This document shows, in pieces, positions 21,181-31,697 of a stretch of DNA of 64,000 nt. Origin of the DNA: Candidatus Latescibacterota bacterium. GTDB lineage: Bacteria; Latescibacterota; UBA2968. The stretch spans positions 1,376,001 to 1,440,000 of the forward strand of contig OZ240241.1 in NCBI GenBank assembly GCA_965198115.1, given 5' to 3'. The position numbers were made by a program, and so were the translations under genes. Each line of letters begins with the position of its first letter. Position 1 is the first letter of the stretch. The notes below the pieces were generated by a model. The model did no database searches. It saw only the letters and a list, made by a program, of their open reading frames with translations, and was not told the DNA's origin.

Positions 21181-21345
21181 GGGGAGGGCGAACTGACCAG
21201 GCCCCTCGCCTTCTTCACCCCAGGAAAGTTCTAACTCGCCGTCTGCCGAGAAGCGATGAACTCTGTGCTGACCGTAGCCATCGGATACGAAGACCTGCCC
21301 GGATGCGGCCGCCATCGCCTTCGTCGGCCGATTGAAGGGCTGGCC
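21175..21345 (-). pseudogene. NHL-repeat fragment
   Basis: FNRPT...VFVSDGYGQHRVHRFSADG...GPGQFALPH. Confidence 0.7.
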
Positions 21346-21528
21346 CGGAACGCGTAACACATCTTGTCTTGGGGGTTATTGACCACACTCCGATTGCTGT
21401 TACCAGGTCGTCCTATTTCTTCGTAACTAAGGTCCCCAAGACGATCCTTTCCTGGAGTTCGGGCTTTGTCAGTGGCAGGGCTACTGATCGGTAAGGACTT
21501 TGAGGCTCTCAACTTAAGACCATGTGGC

Positions 21529-21960
21529 TCACTCTCCGGGACTCGCAACGAGGATACTCGCGATGAACCGAAGCCGCTGTTTCCGAGACTGACCCTTGAG
21601 GCTGGCTCCCTCAAGTTCGCGCTCGACGCGGTCGAGGATCCTCGTTGGCGACCACAACGCCCGACGTCCTACGCGGACTGCTCGAATGACGGTCACCGCG
21701 ACGGTTGTGCTGGGCTGATACTCGCAGAGCAATTCCTTCGCCACGTCCCGAATCTTCTTGGCGTCCCCAAGACGTCCTAATTCTGCCAGCAGCGTCGGCT
21801 TTTTTGCCCACGACGTCTGCTCCGCGCCTAGCTCATCCCATAGAAACCGGTACCTCGGGTATAGTCCCGCTCCCTTCGCTCCCTCCAACACCGTGTAGGC
21901 TTGGTATGCGTAGAGTGTGTTGCGCTCTTGCTGCCTGCTCACGCCGCGTGTCTCGATCAC
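21529..21960 (-). CDS. Hypothetical protein (possibly degraded)
   Basis: 143-aa ORF downstream of and co-oriented with 22170-23429. No motif recognised. Confidence 0.35.
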   Translation of the reverse strand: MIETRGVSRQQERNTLYAYQAYTVLEGAKGAGLYPRYRFLWDELGAEQTSWAKKPTLLAELGRLGDAKKIRDVAKELLCEYQPSTTVAVTVIRAVRVGRRALWSPTRILDRVERELEGASLKGQSRKQRLRFIASILVASPGE

Positions 21961-22169
21961 ACTGCCGCGCCTGGGCGAGCTGCTTCTTGTCCTCGAAGAA
22001 GGACGGCAGGCCTAGCGCCTTCCTTCTGTCTTCCACGACAGGTCCGACCTCGAACCTTGATGCGTCTTGTCCGCTTCTTGGCTGGACGCTTGTCTCTGCG
22101 GGTCTGAGCCCGATGCTTTGTTGACATCTTGAAAACTCCGTACGGGGGTGGGTGCCCCCCTATCCGGAC

Positions 22170-23429
22170 CTAGGCTTCTTGCTCCTTGAATGGGATGTAA
22201 TTCACCCGATAGGTGCATGCACCGACCTTGAATGTTTGTGTGCGGCCGGCAGAGCATCGAGGACCTCGAAGCACGCTTGGGTTTTCTTGGTGCCAACCTA
22301 ACGAGTCGAAGATCCCGAGTTCCTTGAGGATCTCGAATGTCGCAAGCTCCCTCTTCTCGATCTCGACCCGTATCCTGAGCCGTAGCAAAGCTTCTGCCTC
22401 CTCCGCATCGATCAGATCCTCGAAAGCAGCCCTCTGCAAGTACTCCAAGCGGATCAGGATCTTGGCGATCACATCCTTCGCCGGCTCGCGACCAGGCATA
22501 AGGAGTCCGTGCTCGTTGAGGGCCCTGATGTCGTTGTACACGACCGATCTGTCTACGTCCGACGCCGCGATGTGTGCAGGTCCAACTCCCCCGGCCAACT
22601 GTGCGGCGACCAGCAGCCGTCTCGCCCATACGGCCATGTGCTCATCCGACCCTCGCTCCTTCCTTCCAGCGGTCCACTTGTCCCCGCCCTGTTGTAGGAT
22701 CTTCAGGACGCGCACGGAGCCGGCGCCGTATACGGGCAGTTCATCTGGGTAGACCACGGCCTCTGTCAGCTGGCTGATCGCTGCGATGTACTCTTGTCCT
22801 TGATACGGTTTGCCGGTACCTGGTGGAGGACCGGCGGGATCCCTCACGCCACGCTCCGCGTCGGACTCCCCCTCCCGCAGGGAGCGCCCGATCGGTCCGA
22901 GGAACCCCAACTTCATCAGCAATTCGCAGAGCTTCACCTCCCGGTCGGTTATCTCGTTCCTGATTCTCCGCCGTGGCTCCAATCCGCCTGCCTCGGCCAA
23001 GTTTTGGAAGGCGTCTACCTGCAGTCTCTCGATTCGTCTCCGGGTCCTGGAAAGTGCAGCGTCGGCCTGTCCAAGTCCCAAGGCCAGAGTCCGGTACGCC
23101 GAAACCACCGACAGGTCGTCCTGCACGACCTCGCTATCCGCCTCCACAGACCTCGCGATCGCCGGCAGGCCGGTTGGCCGCGCGAAGAGCTCGGCGACGA
23201 CCAGCCGCCTGCACCAATCAATGGCACGTCTGCCCACCTCTTCTCGCCGCCTGCCGCGTGGCCAAGTGTCTTCCCGTTCCTGCAGAGCCTCCCGGACACG
23301 TGGGGAGTCGTTGCCGGAAAGGGGAAGCTCGCCCGTTCGGACAACCCGATCGATCAGTTGGCGGATCGCTCTGACGTCCTCCGAAACGGCCACACACAGA
23401 CCCGACGTGGCCCGCCTCTTCTTTCCCAC
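22170..23429 (-). CDS. Hypothetical protein with two tandem HTH-like/helical repeats
   Basis: RBS aaggaggg before GTG, and a visible internal duplication. Confidence 0.65.
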   Translation of the reverse strand: MGKKRRATSGLCVAVSEDVRAIRQLIDRVVRTGELPLSGNDSPRVREALQEREDTWPRGRRREEVGRRAIDWCRRLVVAELFARPTGLPAIARSVEADSEVVQDDLSVVSAYRTLALGLGQADAALSRTRRRIERLQVDAFQNLAEAGGLEPRRRIRNEITDREVKLCELLMKLGFLGPIGRSLREGESDAERGVRDPAGPPPGTGKPYQGQEYIAAISQLTEAVVYPDELPVYGAGSVRVLKILQQGGDKWTAGRKERGSDEHMAVWARRLLVAAQLAGGVGPAHIAASDVDRSVVYNDIRALNEHGLLMPGREPAKDVIAKILIRLEYLQRAAFEDLIDAEEAEALLRLRIRVEIEKRELATFEILKELGIFDSLGWHQENPSVLRGPRCSAGRTQTFKVGACTYRVNYIPFKEQEA

Positions 23430-23488
23430 GGTCCCTCCTTGGGCTCTGAGTTTCGAAGATTGCGAACTAAGGGTTCGCGAATAAATAA

Positions 23489-24908
23489 GGCTCTATCCGG
23501 GTTTCTCAACGGTGAAACTATAGAATGACAAGGTCATAGATCGTTCCCTACGCTTGGTTGTGTGTGTAGGACAATCAAAGCGAAGGGGGTGCGACCTATG
23601 ACCGGGAGCAGATTACTATCGAAACTGCTGAGATTCAAGGGGTTCCGTGTTGTCAGCTGGTGGTTTGAGGGGAGAAGCTGTTTCGTCATCGCCGTAAAGC
23701 CACATAAGAATGGTTGTTGTTGTCCGGAGTGCGGCCGTCGAGGTAAAATCGTCCGCACAATGCCCCATCCGCGTCGGTGGCGTGACATTCCGGTGTGCGG
23801 GTGGAGGGTCTGGCTTCTCTACCATCCTCGGGAGATTCGGTGTCCTACCCACGGTCGTGTGGTCGAGGAGATTCCGTGGGCGGAGCGGTTCTCTCGGGTG
23901 ACGTATCGCTTCGAGTATGCCATGCTGCGCTACTGCCAGACCATGACGCAGAAGGCGGCGTCCGAGTTACTGCGCATCTCTGCCTCGACGCTGTCGGATC
24001 TCCTTCACCGATCCATCACGCGGCTTCGTGAAGGTCATCGTATCCGAGGGCTCAAAACCATCGGGATCGACGAGATCTCCTACGCCAAGCGTCACAGGTA
24101 CGCCACGCTCGTTTACGATCTGGACCGCTCCTGCGTGGTGTGGGTTGGCCGCGGCAGGGCGCGTAAAACGATCGATCGGTTCTTCACAGAGGCTCTCAGT
24201 CCCTACCAGAGATCCAAGATCGAGTGGGCCTGCTGCGACATGAGCGAAGCTTACATCGGAGCCATCCAGGAACACTGTCCGAATGCCAAGCTGGTCCTCG
24301 ATCGCTTTCACATCGTCAAGGCTCTCAATGCCGCCGTTGACGAGGTCCGTAAGGACCAGTGGCGTAAAGCTGCCCCGGATGAGCGCAAAGCCATGAAGGG
24401 CCTCCGATGGCTCCTCTACCGGCACTCAGCGACACGCTCCAGAGGGGATACTCGGACACTCAAAGCACTGGAGAAGGCGAACTACCGAATCTATAGAGCC
24501 TGGAGACTCAAGGACGAGTTCGAGCAGTTCTGGGAATACAAAGCGCCCTGGGCTGCCGAACGCTTCCTGAAATGCTGGACGACGTCCGCACTCAGAAGTC
24601 GACGTGAACCCCTGCGAAAGTTCGTCAGGACCCTGCGACAGCACTTCTTCGGCGTCCTCGCATTCGTGAACACGCGTCTTACCAACGCCATCGCCGAAGG
24701 CCTCAACCGAATCGTCCAAATCGTCAAGAACCGAGCCAGCGGATTCCGCACACTCGACGCATTCAACGATATGATCTTCCTTACCGTCGGAGACATAAAC
24801 ATCCCTGAGCAGATTCCGAAGAGGTTCCGCACACGCTAACCGCGCCCCCATGCCAGGAACCACGGCACCTTCACCCACTTCAGCTCGTTGAGAGATCCGG
24901 ATATAGCC
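23489..24908 (+). mobile_element. ISL3 copy 3 (no TSD)
   Basis: IRs present, but flanks ataaataa / ttgtaaac do not match. Confidence 0.95.
23562..24839 (+). CDS. ISL3 transposase
   Basis: Near-identical to the other copies. Confidence 0.93.
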   Translation: MCRTIKAKGVRPMTGSRLLSKLLRFKGFRVVSWWFEGRSCFVIAVKPHKNGCCCPECGRRGKIVRTMPHPRRWRDIPVCGWRVWLLYHPREIRCPTHGRVVEEIPWAERFSRVTYRFEYAMLRYCQTMTQKAASELLRISASTLSDLLHRSITRLREGHRIRGLKTIGIDEISYAKRHRYATLVYDLDRSCVVWVGRGRARKTIDRFFTEALSPYQRSKIEWACCDMSEAYIGAIQEHCPNAKLVLDRFHIVKALNAAVDEVRKDQWRKAAPDERKAMKGLRWLLYRHSATRSRGDTRTLKALEKANYRIYRAWRLKDEFEQFWEYKAPWAAERFLKCWTTSALRSRREPLRKFVRTLRQHFFGVLAFVNTRLTNAIAEGLNRIVQIVKNRASGFRTLDAFNDMIFLTVGDINIPEQIPKRFRTR

Positions 24909-25016
24909 TTGTAAACAGACACACGACCAAACCAAGTATGCTTCGAATCATTCCAACCTCCTTGAGTGTGATGTCCTCTAGCCTTTTCCTGAATTTCGAA
25001 AGCTGAATCGGAGCCA

Positions 25017-25241
25017 GTGAACAAGACCGACGAAATCAGGGTCGGCGTAACCGTCCGCTACGCGCCTTGGTGGCTGAACCTCAACGTCATACTACCCGGC
25101 CGGCCGGAGCGGGAGTACATGACCGCGGAGGACGGCACGAAGGAACGTAATATGCAGATGCCGGTCCCCCGCGACGTGTTCGACTCGTTGCCCGAGGACG
25201 TCCAGCGCCTCTTCCGCCACTGGGTCGAGGGCATGACTTAG
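25017..25241 (+). pseudogene. C-terminal remnant, probably PhyH-like
   Basis: NKTDEIRVGVTVRYAPWWLNL...LPEDVQRLFRHW. Confidence 0.45.
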
Positions 25242-25882
25242 AGCTTCGGTCTCCAGCTAGTCGATCGGGTCGAAGAAGGTCAGGTCGGTCCCGAAGTTCA
25301 CCATGGCGATGACCTGGTCGCCCCGGAAGCGGGCGCGCGTCTCCGTGGTGCGCCATGACGACATAACGCAGGTGGTGGAATGGGCGTGGGTCCCGAAGAG
25401 CTCCGTCGAGAACGAACCGTCCTCTGTGAAAACTCGCGTATGGCCTTCTTCTTTAGCACCAGCGGCCCTATGGAGCGGGCCAGACGCTGGATGTAGGTCA
25501 GTACCCTTCTCGCATGATCTTGACCGGCAGGTCCTTTTCGATGCGCTCCAACTCCCACTGCTCGGTCGGCACCCAGTAGTCGAAGATCACTCTGGATACT
25601 GGCCTCGGCCAGCTCACGCGCCCGGTCGGAGCCGCGATACTTCACCAAGGAGTAGAGCTATCGGCACGCGATACCCCGCCGGACAGGCCTCAGGCGCATC
25701 GCTGGACCGCCACGGACCTCGCACCGGCGCCAAACACACCGTTTATTCGTCCTATCCGCTGTACCAGAAAGGAGGGATGATTGCAACAGGCCCCGAGCTC
25801 GTTGCACCTCGCTGCCTACCGCCCCTATAATAGGACTCTACACGCATCGTGAACGCAACATGATCTTGAGAAAACGACTCGA

Positions 25883-27839
25883 ATGAGCCTGAAAGAGCAG
25901 CTCGCCGTGCTCGAGCCCGGCATCATTATCACAGTCGCTGGAGTCGGCTACATGGACGGCGTACCTGCTCGCGACGCCCCGGCGGGCACACCCCAGGGAG
26001 TCGTCCGCATAGCCAATGGCGACCTGATCGTCCTCGACATGTGGGGGCACCGCATCTGGCGCATCGATACCGATGGCATCCTGCACGCCTTCGCCGGTGA
26101 CGGCGTGCCGGGCGATCGTGGCGACGGCGGGCCCGCCAAAGACGCCCGCCTCGACGACCCCCACGACTTGACCAAAGACAGGGTCGACAATCTCTACCTC
26201 ACCGACCTCGGAAACCACGCGGTGCGTCGCATCGACGCAGTCTCCGGCGTCATCACGCGAGTCGCCGGCTCCGGTAAAGTCGGCTGGGGCGGAAACGGCG
26301 GACCCGCTCTCGAGTGCGAGATCGACAATGACTCGGGCATTGCCGTCGACGACGACGGTAATGTCTTTCTTTCCTGCGAGTGGTCGAACGTCATCCGCCG
26401 CATCGATGCCACGACCGGCATCATCGAGCACTTCGCCGGGGCCGAGGCGCGCCACTACGACCTGGAGAACGGCAACAGCAGACCGTTCTCTGGTCCGTGG
26501 CTGAGCCTCGGCGGGTACTCCGGCGACGGCGGTCCGAAGGAAAAAGCGGGCTTTCACCACCCCGAGCACCTGGCCTTCGACTCGAAGGGGGATCTCTACG
26601 TCTGTGATAATTCCAACGACCGCATCCGCAAGATCGACATGAAGACGGGGATCGTCAGCACCGTCCTCGGGAACGGCCAGCGCGCCTCCAGCGGTGACGG
26701 CGAGGCCGGCACTGAGGCCGCCATCCTGATGCCCGATGCTCTGTGCTTCGACGCCGAGGACAACATGTACGTCGGCGAGAAGTACGGTTTTCGTCTGCGC
26801 CGCCTGGATGCCAATACCGGCCTGGTTTCCACCCTGGCGGGCAATGGTCAGGCGGGTTGGGGCGATGAGGGCCTGCCCGGCCCGGACAGCCGCATCAACT
26901 CAGTCGAGGCCGGGCTGTGGGCAGATTCCGACGGCACTGTATTCTGGGGCGACTCCTCCGGCCGCCTGCGCAGGTACGACGGGAAGACCGGCGTTGTGAC
27001 GACCGCCCTGGGGGGCACCTCCGTGCATGACGGCGAACCCGCGACGCAGGCGTTTCTGCGAGGGCCCTACGGCATCTCCATCGCAGAGGATGGAGATGTC
27101 TATTTCGCCGATTGCTGGAACCAGCGAGTCCGCGCCATCGACGCCGACACCGGGGTGATTCGCACCGTTGCCGGCGAGGGGGCGCGGGCCTATGGCGGCG
27201 ACGGCGGCCCGGCCGCGCTAGCCTTTCTCGGCAACCCGGGGGACGTCGCGGTCGGGCGGGACGGCACCGTCATCGTGGCGGACACGCGTCACAGCCACGT
27301 GCGCCGGATCGACACAGACGGAATCATCCACAACTTCGCGGGCGCCGCTTTCCCGTGGGACAAGGGCGACGGGGGTCCGGCGATCAGCGCCCGCATCGGC
27401 AGGCCCATGTCCCTCCGCTTCGACGGCGAGGGCAACCTCTACTTCCCGGATATGGCCAGCAACGTTGTGCGGCGCGTCGACGCCGAGACAGGTGTCATCC
27501 GTGACCACGGTAGTCGGCAAGGGCGAGTCGGGTCACTCCCCGGACGGCACGCCCGCGGAAGAAGCCAGACTCGGCTCGCCACACGGTGTCGAGGTATCGC
27601 GGGACGGCGAGACCATTTACCTGGCGGACACCGCGAATTTCCAGGTGCGTGCCGTGGGCCCGGATCGGGTCCTGCGCACCATCGCCGGCAGTGACGACGG
27701 CGGCGACTCCGGCGACGGCGGTCCCGCCACTGCCGCCAGGCTCAACTACCCGTATTCTCTCCGCATTTACGGCGACGATGTCCTGCTCGTCAGCGACCAC
27801 TGGAACAACAAGATCAGGGCCGTGAAACTCTTTCAATAG
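25883..27839 (+). pseudogene. Long NHL-repeat (teneurin-like) beta-propeller protein, frameshift near 27500
   Basis: Repeated GDGGPA...L..P..LA.D..G.LY..D..N.RIR.ID. The C-terminus continues in ORF 27465-27839. The frameshift may be a sequencing indel. Confidence 0.85.
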
Positions 27840-28015
27840 TTCTCGGCGACGAACCGGCGGAATGGTGAAACTCGGATGAAGATCGCGCTCGTTCAGCAAA
27901 GGCGTCAGAGGACAGGACCGCCAACCGCGACGCAGGTCACGCCCTCACGACACCATCCATAAGACACATTTGCTATCCACTGCTCTTCGCGGAAAACCAA
28001 AGGACGAGCCCAGCC

Positions 28016-29101
28016 ATGGACGAAAACCCCACGGTCAGCACCGTATTCGAGATCGAGCCACCGGATCCACCCAACGACGGCATCATGTTCGTAGACCACG
28101 CCCGATCGGGCCGTAGTGGCCACCTGGGCCACGCGCTCGTTGAATATGCTCCGGGGAAAATCCTGGCGTTCTACCCCAACTGCTCGGATAGGAACGACGG
28201 ACACACGGGGGACGGGTGGATGGAATACCGGCGTTCCGAAGACGGGGGACGAACCTGGAGCGCCGGCGAAGTGCTTGCCTACTCCAAGGCGGTCTACGAC
28301 AGGAACGCTGGAAAGTCCGTCATGTGTGAGAATGCCGTGCGAGCCGACGACGGGGCGGTCGTCCTGTTCAACCTGGAGTGCGGGAACACGGCCGAAGAGA
28401 AGTGGGCGTGGGCGCCGCTGGACGTTCCCACGTGTCTTCGCAGCACGGATGACGGCCGTACGTGGGGACCTGCGGAACCGATGGGCGATCAACCCGGCCG
28501 CATCTGGGATGCGATGGTTCACGACGGCAGCATCCTGGTTCTCGAGCTGTGCAACGACAGCTCGATCCATTGGTACGGCAACCTTCCCGAGCACTTCTAC
28601 GGGCTCTACGCAAGCACCGATCACGGCCGCAGCTTCGCCCTGCGGAGCAAGCTGCCGCTCGAGATCCAGTGTCGGGGCTACGGCGCCCTGTCGATTCTGC
28701 AAGACGGCGGACTGATCGCCTACGTCTACAACAAGGCCGACGAAAAGCACCTGGACTACGTCATCAGTCACGACGGCGGCTACACCTGGAGCGACGTGCA
28801 AACCGCGTTTTTCGAGAAGCAGATCCGAAATCCGCAGATGGCCCGCTTCAAAGGCGGATACGTCCTTCACGGACGGAGCGGAGCCCAGGGAGAAGGGAGC
28901 GGACATTTCGTACTGTATACGTCGGACGACGGCATCCACTGGGACTCAGGACGCTACCTGCGGATGCAGGAGGCGCGCGCCGGCGCGTACTCGAACAATT
29001 TACGGGTGCACAGCCCCGGTGCACCGGAACGCCTGCTGATCCAGGCTTCCCACGCGTACGAAGGATATATGACGAACCTCCTGCACTGGTGGCTGACTTA
29101 G
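28016..29101 (+). CDS. Sialidase-like BNR/Asp-box propeller protein
   Basis: Asp-boxes SEDGGRTW, STDDGRTW, STDHGRSF, SHDGGYTW and SDDGIHW. Confidence 0.88.
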   Translation: MDENPTVSTVFEIEPPDPPNDGIMFVDHARSGRSGHLGHALVEYAPGKILAFYPNCSDRNDGHTGDGWMEYRRSEDGGRTWSAGEVLAYSKAVYDRNAGKSVMCENAVRADDGAVVLFNLECGNTAEEKWAWAPLDVPTCLRSTDDGRTWGPAEPMGDQPGRIWDAMVHDGSILVLELCNDSSIHWYGNLPEHFYGLYASTDHGRSFALRSKLPLEIQCRGYGALSILQDGGLIAYVYNKADEKHLDYVISHDGGYTWSDVQTAFFEKQIRNPQMARFKGGYVLHGRSGAQGEGSGHFVLYTSDDGIHWDSGRYLRMQEARAGAYSNNLRVHSPGAPERLLIQASHAYEGYMTNLLHWWLT

Positions 29102-29194
29102 TGGAAGGTCCCACGGGCCTCAGATTTCGGGAGGGAACATGAGCGTCGCAAACCTTGAACCTTTTGTGGTCGACAAGAACCTCGGCGAGATCCT

Positions 29195-29364
29195 TACAAC
29201 TGCACCGGAAGCCAGAGTGTTAACCGCTTGGTGGAGACAGCACTACAATCACGTCCGACCACATAGTGCGTTAGGCTATAGACCACCCGCACCGGCGGTG
29301 GTCAAACTGCCCATCGCGGCCGCATCCTAACTTTGGATGTGGACACAAAAGTGGGGGCAGGTCA
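29195..29364 (+). mobile_element. IS3-family 3' remnant
   Basis: WRQHYNHVRPHSALGYRPP, with IRR-like end tggacacaaaagtgggggcaggtca. Confidence 0.8.
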
Positions 29365-29697
29365 CCGGCTTATGGTCAAATCGTTTCATTTCTCGGCCTG
29401 GGTGCACACATCGTTCACGAAGTCGGTTTCCAAACCGACCTGGTTGCAGCCGCTGTCGTTTACTACTTTGGATATCAGCTGCGCAAAGTCTCGCGGTCGA
29501 ACGGGCGGAATGCCTCCCGCGCCTGCCCGGGATTGACCGTTGCATATCCGTGGTATGGTATATTACTGAGTGATGCTGCGCCTCGCACCGTATGCGGGTT
29601 CAGGCCGTCGGAATCGACCCGAACTCAGTTGAGTATATTGAGTGCGCACTGGGCGAGAGTCGCCTTGTAGTGCTACCAGGTCGAGGCAACGAAACTC

Positions 29698-30633
29698 ATG
29701 ACACCAAGCGAGCGATACTACTGGGACCTCGTGGGCCATCTCGTGGTCCCCAATGCATTGACCGCCAGTGAAGTCGCCGCGGCCAACGAAGCCCTGGACT
29801 ACCTCGTCGACCGGCTTCAAAACGGGACAGACGAATCGTCAGACCTTCTCCGCAAGCACGCGCAGCCCCGATGGCTCGACGGAACCCTGGTCTGGACCGA
29901 CCACACCGTCCCCTTCCTCCTGATGCTCCCTCAGCCCCACTGTGAGCCGTTCAGGAAGATGCTCGCTCCGCCCCAGATCGTGCGTCGGCTGCGTGCGATG
30001 TGTGGGGAGGGGTTCAGGCTGGACGGCGGTCCGTTCTTCATCGGTGGCACGACCGGAACGGAAGTACACAACCTGCACGGCGCAGGCGAGCCGCATAAGC
30101 CTTATGTCGCCTACGCCGAGCAGAACGGGGCCTCATTCACCGGCGCGGTGACGGTGTCATACGCCTTCTCCGACGCGGGCGCAGGTGAAGGTGGATTCGC
30201 GTGCGTCCCGGGCAGCCATAAGTCGCGGTATCCGATTCCGCCGGGTCTCCGCACAATGGACGACGACATGGGCTGCGTCGAGAATCCGTCCGCGAAAGCC
30301 GGGGACGCGATTTTCTTCATGAATGGCGCGCAGACTCACGGTGCTGTTCCCTGGAGAGGCGTAAACGCCCGTCGCACCGTTCTCTTCATGTATTCCGCTC
30401 GATCCACCGCCCGTCAGGGCGCCTCGCGGTGGTGTCTCGATCCGGACAGATACTGGGACGCCGACGCCGTGTCTGGAATGACGCCCGAACAACGAGCCGT
30501 CATGTATGGTCCTTCCTCCTCACCTCAGACCGACGGTCCCTACCTCGACCTGGACGAAGACGGTGTCGTGAAGGTCGATCGCGACTACCTCACTTCGCTG
30601 GAAACTGCCTCGGACACCTTCCTCCGGGGATAA
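29698..30633 (+). CDS. PhyH-family 2OG/Fe(II) dioxygenase
   Basis: YYWDLVGHL, VPGSHK, AGD, THGAVPW and RRT. Confidence 0.88.
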   Translation: MTPSERYYWDLVGHLVVPNALTASEVAAANEALDYLVDRLQNGTDESSDLLRKHAQPRWLDGTLVWTDHTVPFLLMLPQPHCEPFRKMLAPPQIVRRLRAMCGEGFRLDGGPFFIGGTTGTEVHNLHGAGEPHKPYVAYAEQNGASFTGAVTVSYAFSDAGAGEGGFACVPGSHKSRYPIPPGLRTMDDDMGCVENPSAKAGDAIFFMNGAQTHGAVPWRGVNARRTVLFMYSARSTARQGASRWCLDPDRYWDADAVSGMTPEQRAVMYGPSSSPQTDGPYLDLDEDGVVKVDRDYLTSLETASDTFLRG

Positions 30634-30640
30634 GTGCGTG

Positions 30641-31576
30641 ATGAAACCCCGCGAACGGTACTACTGGGACCTGAACGGCCACCTCATCGTCCCTGACGTC
30701 CTGTCGCCAGGCGAGGTCGCCGCCGCAAATGAGGCCCTCGACCACGCAGACGACCACATGCAGAACGGCACCGATGCCTACGCTGAACGCCTCCGCGAAA
30801 GCGCAAACGCGGCCTGGGTCGACGACACGCTGGTGCGCACCCGTCCCGAAGCCCCTTTCCTTCTGACGCTCGAGCCCCCGCACTGCGAGCCCTTCCGCAG
30901 GATGCTCGTTCATCCGGAGATCGTGAGTCGTCTTCGCGAAATGAGCGGGCCCGGTTTCCGCCTGGACAGCGGGCCTGTCTTCATCGGAGGCGTCGACGGT
31001 ACGCGCGTGCACAAGCTCCACGGCTCCGGTGAGCCTCATAAGCCGTATGTCGGCTACCACACGTCCGGCAACGGAATCTTCGCAGGCGCCGTCACCGTGG
31101 CTTACCTCCTCGCCGACGCGGGACCCGATGACGGGGGATACGCCTGTGTTCCGGGGAGCCACAAATCCCGGTATCCCATTCCGCCGGGCGTGCGCACGAC
31201 GGAAAATGACATGGGATGCGTGGCCAAGCCGGTCGTCAAAGCCGGTGATGCATTGTTCTTCATGGATGGCGCACAGACCCACGGCGCCCTCCCCTGGAAG
31301 GCGTCCCATCCTCGAAGAACCGTTCTCTTCAAGTTCCACTGCCGAACATCGGCACGCCGGGGATCCGCCGTGTGGAACCTCGAACCCGAAATGCAGTGGG
31401 ACACAAATGTCATCGAGAACATGACGCCCACGCAGCGTTCCGTCATGTACGGTCCCTCCTCTTCGCCACAGTCCGACGGCCCCTACCTCCAGGTCAGCGA
31501 CGAGGGTGTCGTCAGCGTCGACCACGCTTACCTGCCTTCGCTGAAGACGCACTCTGACACGTTCGTCGCAGGGTAA
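30641..31576 (+). CDS. PhyH-family 2OG/Fe(II) dioxygenase (tandem paralog)
   Basis: Colinear with and highly similar to 29698-30633. Confidence 0.88.
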   Translation: MKPRERYYWDLNGHLIVPDVLSPGEVAAANEALDHADDHMQNGTDAYAERLRESANAAWVDDTLVRTRPEAPFLLTLEPPHCEPFRRMLVHPEIVSRLREMSGPGFRLDSGPVFIGGVDGTRVHKLHGSGEPHKPYVGYHTSGNGIFAGAVTVAYLLADAGPDDGGYACVPGSHKSRYPIPPGVRTTENDMGCVAKPVVKAGDALFFMDGAQTHGALPWKASHPRRTVLFKFHCRTSARRGSAVWNLEPEMQWDTNVIENMTPTQRSVMYGPSSSPQSDGPYLQVSDEGVVSVDHAYLPSLKTHSDTFVAG

Positions 31577-31697
31577 GTAAAGTGTTCAGAGTTCCCACCT
31601 ACGCCCCTATCGGGGCTACCGCGGGCAGGCAGGGTTCCCCTCGACACACTGCCTTCGGCAGCAACTCGGGACAGGCAGAGTTCAGGAAACCAGGACC

